A stretch of DNA of 64,000 nt from a virus (Duplodnaviria; Caudoviricetes), in the IMG/VR virus record IMGVR_UViG_3300022723_000184, positions 96,001 to 160,000 of that record; one strand, written 5' to 3'. Positions 55,503 through 64,000 of this stretch are shown one piece after another. The notes beneath the pieces were generated by a model. It saw nothing but the letters and a program-made list of their open reading frames with translations. It did not search any database and was not told where the DNA came from. The position numbers were made by a program, and so were the translations under genes. Each line of letters begins with the position of its first letter. Positions within the stretch are counted from its first letter, which is position 1.

Positions 55503-56247
55503 ATCGTAATACCTGCTCATCGGTTTAGAAGATGAGACGCGGCATTGATTGCCTTCTTGAGTTGCTGCTCCAACATCGTAATACCTGCTCATCGGTTTAG
55601 AAGATGAGACATCGCCGCATCGCTGGAAGCGGGCGTGGCGTCGGCGGATCGTAATACCTGCTCATCGGTTTAGAAGATGAGACCTTTCTCTGTGTCCGAG
55701 ATAACGGGGTCACTAATGTCATCGTAATACCTGCTCATCGGTTTGGAAGATGAGACAAGCATCCGAGCAGCCGCTACAAGGACAAGATCGGCATCGTAAT
55801 ACCTGCTCATCGGTTTAGAAGATGAGACTAGTCGGGCAATTGCTCGAACGGCACAGAGATATCGTCATCGTAATACCTGCTCATCGGTTTAGAAGATGAG
55901 ACGCTTACCGGTGGCCGAGGCCAAGGCGCGATGGAGAACATCGTAATACCTGCTCATCGGTTTAGAAGATGAGACACGGTGGATCCGGTCGAGCGGCTGA
56001 TCCTTCACATCATCGTAATACCTGCTCATCGGTTTAGAAGATGAGACCCGGTGATCGACGCGGTCCTCGAGAACGCCGAGGACATCGTAATACCTGCTCA
56101 TCGGTTTAGAAGATGAGACAAGTGGATCAGGTTCTTCTCATCGTAATACCTGCTCATTGGTTTAGAAGATGAGACGCGGACTGCCCCGAGATGCGGCGCC
56201 GGCTGTGGGTAATCGTAATACCTGCTCATCGGTTTGGAAGATGAGAC
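55503..56247 (+). CRISPR. CRISPR array: 11 x 36-nt repeats ATCGTAATACCTGCTCATCGGTTTAGAAGATGAGAC, 10 spacers
   Basis: Repeats start at 55503, 55575, 55648, 55721, 55793, 55867, 55940, 56012, 56084, 56140, 56212; spacers 36-38 nt except spacer 9 (20 nt); 3' hairpin CTCATC/GATGAG + AC. Confidence 0.99.
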
Positions 56248-56302
56248 GAAGATGAAACAGAAGGCGAGACAACGACTTGATCGCTAAGGATGGAGAAAAT
56301 AG

Positions 56303-56878
56303 ATGACGACAACCAAAAAGACCCCGCGAGACATGTTGCGGGAAAGTCTGGCCAACCACAGGCTGGTTGAGCTAGTCCGGACGACGGAGGCCGTGGTCTT
56401 CTCGCTCCAACGCGAAGGGACCAGAAACATGTCGACGATGATCACGTTCACCCGCGAGGGGATCGTGCTCCAAGGAGACCTGACGCCTCAGACCTACGGG
56501 TCGGTTAGCGCCAAAGGCTACGGCGAGCGGTGGTTCGCTAGCAAGCTCAGCGTCAGCTATCTCTGCGAGAAGTTCTTGCAGCGGAAGTTCCGCCTGGAGC
56601 TGTTCAAGCATGCTCTTGGAGATTCTGGGTGGCGGTGCGCCGCGGGGATCTCCGAGGAGAACGCCAACCAAATCGCCAGCGAGACCGAGCTGGAATGCGG
56701 GTGCGACGCCTACGGGAAGCTAATGGACCTCGGCCTCGACCCTGATACCGTTCCAGGCGTCGGCTACGATCCTCGGGAGGCCGACGTCCTGTGCGAGATA
56801 CAACGGCGGTTCGCCGAGCTGCACCGAGAGATATACGGAGACCAGGTGCCCGAGATCCGGGTACCTGAACGATCATGA
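56303..56878 (+). CDS. Hypothetical protein
   Basis: RBS GGAG. Confidence 0.6.
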   Translation: MTTTKKTPRDMLRESLANHRLVELVRTTEAVVFSLQREGTRNMSTMITFTREGIVLQGDLTPQTYGSVSAKGYGERWFASKLSVSYLCEKFLQRKFRLELFKHALGDSGWRCAAGISEENANQIASETELECGCDAYGKLMDLGLDPDTVPGVGYDPREADVLCEIQRRFAELHREIYGDQVPEIRVPERS

Positions 56879-57141
56879 ACCAAGAAAACCTGGCCCCATT
56901 CAGGGCCGTTATCGTGGCCGAGATCCGGACCACGCTTTCCGTTAAAGGTCTGAACGACCCACCAGAGGCCCTCGTCGACGAGCTGTTATCGCTTCCCAGG
57001 GTTGTCGAGACCAGTAACTACACGTCGCTCGACGTCGTGTTGAGCTATGTGGGAATCGGGGAGCTGGAGCTGCGCCTGACCTCGGACAAGGTCGATATCA
57101 TGAGGGTGATCCAGAAGCACGAATCTCGGGCCTCATCCTGA
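56875..57141 (+). CDS. Hypothetical protein
   Basis: ATGA overlap. Confidence 0.5.
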   Translation: MNQENLAPFRAVIVAEIRTTLSVKGLNDPPEALVDELLSLPRVVETSNYTSLDVVLSYVGIGELELRLTSDKVDIMRVIQKHESRASS

Positions 57142-57185
57142 CGGGTGCTCGGGGAGAAGAGATTCCACTACAGGTGCTCGGGGAA

Positions 57186-57330
57186 CATGAAGGCGGTGTA
57201 GCGACGCCAGGGAGTGGTCGCGAAGCGACCACCGGCTTCATGTTTATTTAGGACCTTAATACCAGCGCCCTGACGGGCTGGTGTTAGTATACTCTCTATC
57301 TAAGATAGAGAGTAGGTTTAATTAAACCTA
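57186..57330. promoter_or_regulatory. Cluster of inverted repeats (possible origin/operator region)
   Basis: CATGAAG/CTTCATG, GTGGTCGC/GCGACCAC, TACTCTCTATC/GATAGAGAGTA, palindrome TAGGTTTAATTAAACCTA. Confidence 0.5.
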
Positions 57331-57340
57331 TAGGGAGATC

Positions 57341-58165
57341 ATGGTCGACACACCTTTCACCTATAAACCTATGCCATACGTCGGTCTGGAGGCTGCCAGG
57401 GAGGCGGTTCTCAAGCCGATCTTGAAGGGCATACGCAAGGAGAAGGCCCTCAAACGCCCGCTCGACGAGCAGCACGCGATGCTTCAAAAGCTGTGGCGCC
57501 TTCGGGCCTTGGTCCTTGGAGAACACAACTGGTCCCGGGCCGAGCACGGCCGGGGCCTCCAGTACCTCCGCAACTGCCCGCCGTTCGGTGTCCACTACGG
57601 CGAGCGGAGCCGTGCCCGGCACTGTGGTGCGGTCAAGGTCTGCCCCAACTGCTTCGCGAGGCGCAATGTGATGGCCGCCTTCCGGTCAACCGAGTGGTTG
57701 TTCTATCTCAAGAACAACAAGCCGGTCATCGCCTACGACCTGGTGTGCATCCGCCGGACATGGGTTCGGGACGTGGAACTGAGCCAGGCCCTGGAGATGG
57801 GTCGGGCCAACCGGAACATGTACCTAGGCAAGTTCACGAAGCCGGCAGGGGGCATCACACTGACCACGCTGGAGCCGGCCAAGACCGGTTGGCAGCTGGC
57901 CCTGGCCACGATCGTCGCGGCCCGCGAAGAGGACCTGCCCGACCTGGGCCAGGCCGACGTCCAGCGTCTGGGTGTCGATCACATGACCAAACGCCGCATG
58001 GCCCGGATGATCGGATGGGCCATGCGCTACCCGCTGGGCATGATGTACGGCTCTGAGGGCCGGGCAGCCCAAATGCTGACCGTGGCCGGCGAGGCCCGAA
58101 CCCGTCAGCTGGTGTCTTCGGGCGCCATGCGGAACGAAGGAGTCCGGAAGATGTCTTTCCGGTGA
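57341..58165 (+). CDS. Hypothetical protein with C-x5-CPxC zinc motif
   Basis: RHCGAVKVCPNC; RBS GGGAG. Confidence 0.6.
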   Translation: MVDTPFTYKPMPYVGLEAAREAVLKPILKGIRKEKALKRPLDEQHAMLQKLWRLRALVLGEHNWSRAEHGRGLQYLRNCPPFGVHYGERSRARHCGAVKVCPNCFARRNVMAAFRSTEWLFYLKNNKPVIAYDLVCIRRTWVRDVELSQALEMGRANRNMYLGKFTKPAGGITLTTLEPAKTGWQLALATIVAAREEDLPDLGQADVQRLGVDHMTKRRMARMIGWAMRYPLGMMYGSEGRAAQMLTVAGEARTRQLVSSGAMRNEGVRKMSFR

Positions 58166-58169
58166 ATCC

Positions 58170-58183
58170 AAAAAGGACTTTTT
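58170..58183. promoter_or_regulatory. Variant palindrome AAAAAGGACTTTTT
   Basis: One mismatch to the motif; intergenic. Confidence 0.5.
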
Positions 58184-58216
58184 AGATGTCGAATCAATAC
58201 AGTTGCCGGCCCGTCG

Positions 58217-58648
58217 ATGAAAGCGAGGCCCGAGATGGGTAAGCGGTCAAAATTGAAAAGACGAGTCGACGCTTGTCAAGGTGGCCAGACCTTGTTGATC
58301 TGGACCGAATCGTACAACCCGTTCCAGTTGGGTGGCTACGTTCATGGTCCGGTCGGGATCCATGTCAAGGTCGGCCAGCGACTGCCGTTGGGTAAGGGCT
58401 ACTACGGTTACCTCGTGGTCAACCCGTTGAACGGTGAGACCCACGTGGCTGAGGAGCTGACCGGGGCCCTTATAGGTCCTAGCCTGGCGTCGGTCCGTAA
58501 AGACGTGGCCGCGGGTGACGGTAGGACCATGAAGAACCAGATCGATGCGGCACTAGCTCGCAAGGCGGGGGTAGTAGTGGTCCAGGACGAAGAGGATTTT
58601 TGGCAGCGGCTGCAGCCGACTGTCGTCGACGAAAGTGAGGAGGAATAG
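58217..58648 (+). CDS. Hypothetical protein
   Basis: ORF coupled to next gene. Confidence 0.55.
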   Translation: MKARPEMGKRSKLKRRVDACQGGQTLLIWTESYNPFQLGGYVHGPVGIHVKVGQRLPLGKGYYGYLVVNPLNGETHVAEELTGALIGPSLASVRKDVAAGDGRTMKNQIDAALARKAGVVVVQDEEDFWQRLQPTVVDESEEE

Positions 58649-59211
58649 TGGCCAACAACTATTGGGTCTTCAGCACCATGCTCCCGCTCGACAACAACGA
58701 GCAGAAGAATTGGTGGTTGGACCAAATGGAAGAAGTGTATTACACCGAGACCCGGGATGAGCAAGGGAAGCTCACGGAACTCGAACTGGTGGAGTGCGAG
58801 CAAGACGAGGTGCCTGAGCACGATACTGAGGTGCCCCGGATCGTTGGTGAAAGCGCACAGCGCGTTTTGACCGGCAACGGCGACGTCCACGACATCGACC
58901 TGATGGAGGCCCTGGAGTTCGGCCTCGACTTTCAGTGGAAAATGGAACAGGACGGCGACAAGCCGGCGGTCTGGATCTATTCGGACGACGGTGGTAATGC
59001 CTACCACGCGGCCCTGGTGGTCCGTAAGATGTTCCAGCACTTTGAGCTGCCCCGCAGTTGGTGGATGACCTGGGCCACGTACTGCTCTAAGCCCCGTGTG
59101 GACGAGCAGAGCGGTGGCGCCGTCGTCGTGACCCGCGAGGGTATCCATTGCATGGACGCCCAGACCTGGGCCAGGAACAAGGTCAAGGCCAGAGGAGAGT
59201 TCGATGGGTAG
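58648..59211 (+). CDS. Hypothetical protein
   Basis: RBS GAGGAGG; WAxYCSKPRVDEQSGGAVVV motif. Confidence 0.65.
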   Translation: MANNYWVFSTMLPLDNNEQKNWWLDQMEEVYYTETRDEQGKLTELELVECEQDEVPEHDTEVPRIVGESAQRVLTGNGDVHDIDLMEALEFGLDFQWKMEQDGDKPAVWIYSDDGGNAYHAALVVRKMFQHFELPRSWWMTWATYCSKPRVDEQSGGAVVVTREGIHCMDAQTWARNKVKARGEFDG

Positions 59212-59494
59212 ACTCAAGCCCCGTGGCCTCCCGCCGGAACCGGACGACGACTGGAATGAGCCGGAGCTGAGCTGGGAGGACGCCGCCGAACAGTGCCAAA
59301 CGATCTATGACAAGATCGAGGATGCCAGCCCAGGTCTGTGGGACCGGGCCTACGACTTTTTCGAGAGCATCCAGGAGAAGGTCAAGGACATGAAGGAGTC
59401 GATCGAAAGCCGGCGACGCGCTACGCCCAAGCAGAAGGCTGCGTTGGACAAGATGGAGGCGGGCGTCGATCGGTGGTTGGAAAACGATGAGTGA
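59204..59494 (+). CDS. Hypothetical protein
   Basis: RBS GGAG. Confidence 0.6.
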   Translation: MGRLKPRGLPPEPDDDWNEPELSWEDAAEQCQTIYDKIEDASPGLWDRAYDFFESIQEKVKDMKESIESRRRATPKQKAALDKMEAGVDRWLENDE

Positions 59495-60008
59495 AAGCAT
59501 CAACAGCCCCCCGTACCCCAGGATGACCGCTACCTCGGCGAGTCTCTATCGGAGGCTTAGCGAGTTGCGGGAGTGGGTGCTGGAGGAAATCGAGATCCTT
59601 CGGGAGGAGATCCCGGATCAGGTGGAGCGGTTGGAGGTCCCAGAGAAAATCCCTCCGACGACCGTGTGGGGTAACGTGAGCGTCGCCGACAAGTTCTCGG
59701 TGCTCACCCATGCACGGCACATCAGGGAGAGCTGGGACCACATCATCCGCGAGCACGAAGACGCGTGGAATTCGGCGTTGGCCCTCAAGAAAAGGGTGAT
59801 GTTGGTGAACAGCGCGATCACAGGTCTGAGCGAGGCGTTCGTCGACCCCGAGACGCGAGAGGCCAAGGAGCAGGAGTACTTCGACAAGACGCGGAAGCGG
59901 ATGAAGATCATCCGCCAGCAGATCGGTCGTGCACTGACACCTGAGGGGCTCTTCGAGGAAGATGACGAGGACAAAGACGATTTTACCGATCTTGGACCCG
60001 TCGGCTAA
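59487..60008 (+). CDS. Hypothetical coiled-coil protein
   Basis: Overlapping ORF; high GC3. Confidence 0.55.
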   Translation: MSESINSPPYPRMTATSASLYRRLSELREWVLEEIEILREEIPDQVERLEVPEKIPPTTVWGNVSVADKFSVLTHARHIRESWDHIIREHEDAWNSALALKKRVMLVNSAITGLSEAFVDPETREAKEQEYFDKTRKRMKIIRQQIGRALTPEGLFEEDDEDKDDFTDLGPVG

Positions 60009-60858
60009 GCAACAGCTGACGCTCCAGGATGCTGTGAAGCTCGGGCTACCGATCGTGCAGTCCCACGGCATCGGTGTGGACAGCACCGCGGTGACCGTGG
60101 GCATGGTGCAGCGAGGCATCCGTCCTGATCACATCCTGTTCGCCGACGTGGGCAACGAACTGCCCGAGACCTACGACTACATTCCGGTGCTCAACGAGTA
60201 TCTGGAAGAGAACGGCTTCCCGCAGGTGCAGGTAGTGAAGTACGTACCTAAGAAGTTCAAGGGCGAGCCGTACGACACGCTGGAGACCGACTGCCTGACC
60301 AAGTCGATGCTCCCGAGCCTGGCCTACGGGTTCAAGGGCTGCAGCAACAAATGGAAGATCGGCCCGCTCGACAAGCAGGTGAAGCAGGTTTACAAGGACC
60401 ACCTCAAGGGCGGCGGCCAGGTGGCCCGGCTGATCGGTTACGACGCGGGCCCCAAGGATTGTGCCCGAGGCACGCACGCCAAGGACTCGAAGCAGTGGCG
60501 GTTCGTCTACCCGCTCCGCGACTGGGGCTGGGACCGCGACGAGTGCCTGCGGCAAATCGAGAAGGCCGGGCTCCCAGAGCCTACGAAGTCGGCCTGTTTC
60601 TTCTGCCCCTCGACCAAGAAAGAGGAGCTGCGGTGGTTGGCGATCACCCATCCTGAGCTTGCCAAGCGGGCCGTTCAGATGGAGGACCGGGCGCAATCCA
60701 CGCTCAAATCGATCGAGGGTCTGTGGCGTAACGGCACCAAAGGCACCAGAAAACCAGAGGCCAAGAAGCCGGGCCGGTGGCGTAAGTACCTGGAACAGGA
60801 AGGCCTGCTGGAGCAGGTTATGATGTGTGGCGAGGAGTTCGACCCCGAGGACTTCTGA
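59962..60858 (+). CDS. PAPS reductase family protein (PP-loop, Fe-S Cys)
   Basis: SHGIGVDSTA; FADVGNELPETY; CSNKWKI; KSACFFCP. Confidence 0.82.
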   Translation: MTRTKTILPILDPSAKQQLTLQDAVKLGLPIVQSHGIGVDSTAVTVGMVQRGIRPDHILFADVGNELPETYDYIPVLNEYLEENGFPQVQVVKYVPKKFKGEPYDTLETDCLTKSMLPSLAYGFKGCSNKWKIGPLDKQVKQVYKDHLKGGGQVARLIGYDAGPKDCARGTHAKDSKQWRFVYPLRDWGWDRDECLRQIEKAGLPEPTKSACFFCPSTKKEELRWLAITHPELAKRAVQMEDRAQSTLKSIEGLWRNGTKGTRKPEAKKPGRWRKYLEQEGLLEQVMMCGEEFDPEDF

Positions 60859-61021
60859 TCCCCGTAGGCTGGCCAGGGAGGGCCCTGACAGGAGCCAGCT
60901 TTGTGTCGACAACCTAAAGGCCTAACAACACCGATCGTGTGGTCGGTGTTGTCGCGTCCATAGACAGGAGGACCGTGGCCATCAAAACAGCACCCATGTT
61001 AGGAGGCTTGCCTATTGAAGA

Positions 61022-61288
61022 ATGGGCGGGCCGACGGGTGATCTGGCACGGAGCCAAAAAGAGGCGGGAACCCGACTACTGAACTCCCAGTTCGTGGAGG
61101 TGAGCGGAAACCCGAAGCGGGCCGTTATGGCCAACCAGGCCAAATCCGCGTACAACACGGACGGCGGTGAGGAGGCTCGCAGGGAGGTGGGCAAGAACCC
61201 CGAGTGTTTCCCCAGCGTGTTCGCGTTCTACGAGCACCACACGGGCGACAAATACGTGCCCGGAGCGATCCGGGCGATAGGAGGCTAA
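61022..61288 (+). CDS. Hypothetical protein
   Basis: Short ORF; start uncertain. Confidence 0.35.
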   Translation: MGGPTGDLARSQKEAGTRLLNSQFVEVSGNPKRAVMANQAKSAYNTDGGEEARREVGKNPECFPSVFAFYEHHTGDKYVPGAIRAIGG

Positions 61289-61289
61289 G

Positions 61290-61859
61290 TTGAGTACGGA
61301 GCTGCAGGACAACCTGTTGAACCTCCTGATCGACATCGAACGCCAAGACAAGCTCGCCGGCCTCGGCATCCGAGACGGTATGGGCCTGGGCGATGCGATC
61401 GACAGGATGAAGGAGATCGTGTCCGGGCCGCTACCGGTCTGGATCTACGCCGATCTCAGCACCTGCCACATAACCAAAGACGACTCGTACAAGTTCAGCT
61501 CGTGCGCCCAAGACACCAAAGGGCAGACGCCTTGCGTCGTGTACGAGTACGAAGAGGGTTTCTGGGTCTACGTTCCGAGCAAGCAGGAAGATCTGGACGA
61601 TTACATCAAAAACATGCTGGCCTTCGGGTTCAGTACGGCGGCCACGTCGCTCGTGCGGCTGGCCAACAGGCAGAGGCTGGCTTTCATCCGTCTTGACAGT
61701 GACGGCACCATTGTGTCTGACCTGGAGCATTACGAAACAGAGAACTGTGGTTCTGATCCACGCCCCTGCGGGACGTGCCCGGAGTGCAGTGCGACTTGCT
61801 ACAAGACGCCGTCCGGGATCGTTTGCGAGAACGGTCACGGCGGCGTCCTGCCAACTTAG
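61290..61859 (+). CDS. Hypothetical protein with C-terminal zinc ribbon
   Basis: DLSTCHIT..RLDSDG; CPEC..CENGH. Confidence 0.6.
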   Translation: MSTELQDNLLNLLIDIERQDKLAGLGIRDGMGLGDAIDRMKEIVSGPLPVWIYADLSTCHITKDDSYKFSSCAQDTKGQTPCVVYEYEEGFWVYVPSKQEDLDDYIKNMLAFGFSTAATSLVRLANRQRLAFIRLDSDGTIVSDLEHYETENCGSDPRPCGTCPECSATCYKTPSGIVCENGHGGVLPT

Positions 61860-61868
61860 AGGAAACAC

Positions 61869-62993
61869 ATGGCTAGAAAACCTGTGGCGGTGATGTATGC
61901 CGACGGCCACCTGGCTGACAGGGCATGGTCCTGGCGCCCTATCGAGGGCGACTCGTACCACTCCCTGCACCAGATCATCACCGCAGCCCGCAAACGGGAG
62001 GTGCCGGTCATCGGGGCCGGCGACCTCATCGATAAGCATCGGAACACCGCTCGGCCGATTCACATGCTCCACCGGGAGCTGGATCGGCTGGCGGACAAAG
62101 GCCTGGAGTTCTTTTTTGTCCAAGGTCAACATGAGTTTGATGACGTGCCATGGTTCTCTGCGAACTCGCAGGCCTGCCACATCCACAAGAAAACGATCGA
62201 CGTCGGTCCTTTTAAGGTCTACGGCCTCGACTACCAGCCGGCCGGCCGGCTCCAACAGGAGCTTGACCAGATCCCGGCCGACACTGACATCTTGGTGGCT
62301 CACCAGGTGTGGGATCTGTTCATGGGAGACATTGCCGCCCCGCAGGGAGGCATCCACGACGTGCCCGTGGTCAGCACTGTGTTCACCGGGGACTTTCACG
62401 AGTTCAAAGAGGTCGACACCCGGGGCAAGGACGGCCAGGAGGTTCACGTGGTGAGCCCGGGGTCCGTGTGCATGCAGTCCATCGACGAACCACCCAAAAA
62501 GTACTTTTTGATTTTGCACGACGACGGGACCTTCGAGCGGCGCCGCCTAAATACTCGGCCTATGCTCGATGCTTCGATGTTGCTGACGCAGGACAACATG
62601 GACCACTTCGCCGAGACCATCCAGGGCGAGCTGGAGAAGATGACCGAGGAGGCAGCCGGGTTCAAGATGCCGGAGGAGGTCTGCAAGCCGCTGCTACGGG
62701 TGACGTACTCCTACCGGCTCAAGGACGTCAAACGGCGTGTCATGAATCTGGTGGGCGAGCGGGCCCACATCTTCTGGAAGGAGCTGCCGCCGGAGAAGCC
62801 GGAGGCGCAGGAACGTCGGAAGAAGCGGGTGGTGGGCCAGAAGCACGCCACTACCCTGGACACCAAGCTGGGCCCCTACCTGGAGGCCACGGACCAGAAG
62901 CGGCTGTTGGGGCCGTGTCAGAGGCTGCTGCAGGCCAACGATGTTGGGGCCGAGCTGCAACGTATGAGAGCGGAGGCCCTCGGTGAAGGATGA
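61869..62993 (+). CDS. Mre11/SbcD-like metallophosphoesterase nuclease
   Basis: ADGH, AGDLID, GQHE, AHQ, GDFH, SPGS motifs. Confidence 0.85.
   Translation: MARKPVAVMYADGHLADRAWSWRPIEGDSYHSLHQIITAARKREVPVIGAGDLIDKHRNTARPIHMLHRELDRLADKGLEFFFVQGQHEFDDVPWFSANSQACHIHKKTIDVGPFKVYGLDYQPAGRLQQELDQIPADTDILVAHQVWDLFMGDIAAPQGGIHDVPVVSTVFTGDFHEFKEVDTRGKDGQEVHVVSPGSVCMQSIDEPPKKYFLILHDDGTFERRRLNTRPMLDASMLLTQDNMDHFAETIQGELEKMTEEAAGFKMPEEVCKPLLRVTYSYRLKDVKRRVMNLVGERAHIFWKELPPEKPEAQERRKKRVVGQKHATTLDTKLGPYLEATDQKRLLGPCQRLLQANDVGAELQRMRAEALGEG
62496..62509. promoter_or_regulatory. Palindromic motif AAAAAGTACTTTTT inside the Mre11-like CDS
   Basis: Perfect copy encoding KKYFL. Confidence 0.4.
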
Positions 62994-63645
62994 CGGCATC
63001 GACTACAAGGTCGTGGACCTGGGCACGAAACTGGGCAGCTCGCTGGGCGTGTTCCTCGACAAGGGGAGCATGTACTACGGCAGCCACGTCAAGCAGATCC
63101 AGCCAGGCGAGTGCCTGGGCATCGATCTGAAGGACCAATACCAGCAGGATGTCGAGAAGCGAGGCTTCCAGTTCCGGGCCATGGACGTACTCAAGGACTT
63201 CCAGTATCCGGTGGCCGACTACTACCTGGCCTGGGACTTCCTGGAGCACCTGCCGAGCATCGAGGATTCGAACAATGTGCTCGGCGCGATGATCGATCAC
63301 GCCGTCAAGGGCGTGTGGCTCAAGATGCCCAGCTTCGAGCAGTGCGAGGAGGGCGAGGGCCAGCTCAGGGAGCACGGGCTCAGGTTTACCTGGACCTACT
63401 GGAAAGGGCACCCGTCGCATTACACGCTGGCTGACGCCACACGTGTCATCAGCCGCGTGGCGCCCGGGGCCCGCATCAAGCACAAGCACCAGCGGATCAT
63501 CCTTGATTCGTCGAGTAAGTTCGTCGTGCCAATCGACGCACCGATCGACACGAACGAGTACAAGCCGGAGCACGGGCCCAAGCCTTTCGTCAGGTTCGAC
63601 CCTCCGGTAATCGGCTGTCACGAGCTGATCGTTTACCTGGATTGA
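62983..63645 (+). CDS. SAM-dependent methyltransferase-like protein
   Basis: VVDLGT..GIDL..AMDV..AWDFLEHLP. Confidence 0.65.
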   Translation: MKDDGIDYKVVDLGTKLGSSLGVFLDKGSMYYGSHVKQIQPGECLGIDLKDQYQQDVEKRGFQFRAMDVLKDFQYPVADYYLAWDFLEHLPSIEDSNNVLGAMIDHAVKGVWLKMPSFEQCEEGEGQLREHGLRFTWTYWKGHPSHYTLADATRVISRVAPGARIKHKHQRIILDSSSKFVVPIDAPIDTNEYKPEHGPKPFVRFDPPVIGCHELIVYLD

Positions 63646-63774
63646 GGTGGCCAGTGCTCAAAGAGAACGGGTTCTACACGCTTCTCAAGAAGACTAACCC
63701 GGAGCTGTGCGATAGCATCGAAGAGATGCGCCAGGTCGTTCGGCAGAAAGAAGCGAGGTCGAGACAAAGGTAAT

Positions 63775-64000
63775 GTGGATCAAGAAAGCAGTCTTCAAGA
63801 ACTTTGGCCGGCACGCGGTATTGGAGCTGGACTTCACCCAGGGCCTGATCGGGATTTTCGGGCCCAACGGGTCCGGCAAGTCCACGATCACCGACGGCAT
63901 CTACGCGGCCCTGACCAACGACTGGTCGCGGTTCGCCGGGGTGAAGACGGACAACATACGTGACACGGCCGACGAGAAAGACGAGTCGAGTGTGTATATC
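63775..64000 (+). CDS. Rad50/SbcC-like ATPase, N-terminus (runs off the window)
   Basis: LELDFTQGLIGIFGPNGSGKSTITDGIYAAL. Confidence 0.85.

Noticed and set aside
57253-57288. CCTTAATACCAGC prefix like the repeat 5' end
   Set aside because: Following hairpin has a 4-nt loop and no AC tail; not counted as a solitary repeat
1-64000. Many long ORFs antisense to or overlapping the called genes (e.g. 17335-19026 -, 38624-40033 -, 49529-50791 -)
   Set aside because: Expected shadow ORFs of high-GC coding DNA; no RBS or recognisable motifs

Overview
64 kb of a GC-rich, large tailed (myovirus-like) phage genome. 1-28 kb is a + strand tail/baseplate/tail-fibre operon containing a sigma-70 factor, two HNH endonucleases and a fused glycosyltransferase. 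28-64 kb holds accessory and replication genes: lysozyme-like protein, AAA ATPase/DUF cluster, two RNase H, a broken GHKL ATPase, primase-like gene, intein-containing terminase, CsrA, dCTP deaminase, HD hydrolase, PAPS reductase-like gene and Mre11/Rad50. The main result is a phage-encoded type V-M (Cas12m-like) effector (53596-55365) with an intact D-E-D RuvC triad, an 11-repeat array (55503-56247) and no adaptation genes in the window. It is accompanied by at least 7-8 solitary copies of the repeat spread over 50 kb, in two classes. (i) Sense copies with compensatory stem changes, 14-20 nt upstream of start codons (cas12m itself, baseplate J, the gene after sigma, a small membrane protein), so the would-be guide segment is the ribosome-binding site. 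(ii) Antisense copies with their own -10 box, one joined to the broken end of the GHKL ATPase gene. This suggests a Cas12m-run phage regulon (mRNA processing or translational control plus mini-guides). Also notable: a terminase intein whose LAGLIDADG region is read in a shifted frame, four strand-switch junctions that are all 4-bp shared start/stop palindromes, a recurring 14-bp operator-like palindrome and several rod-like ncRNA candidates. All functional calls come from motif recognition by eye; no searches were run.
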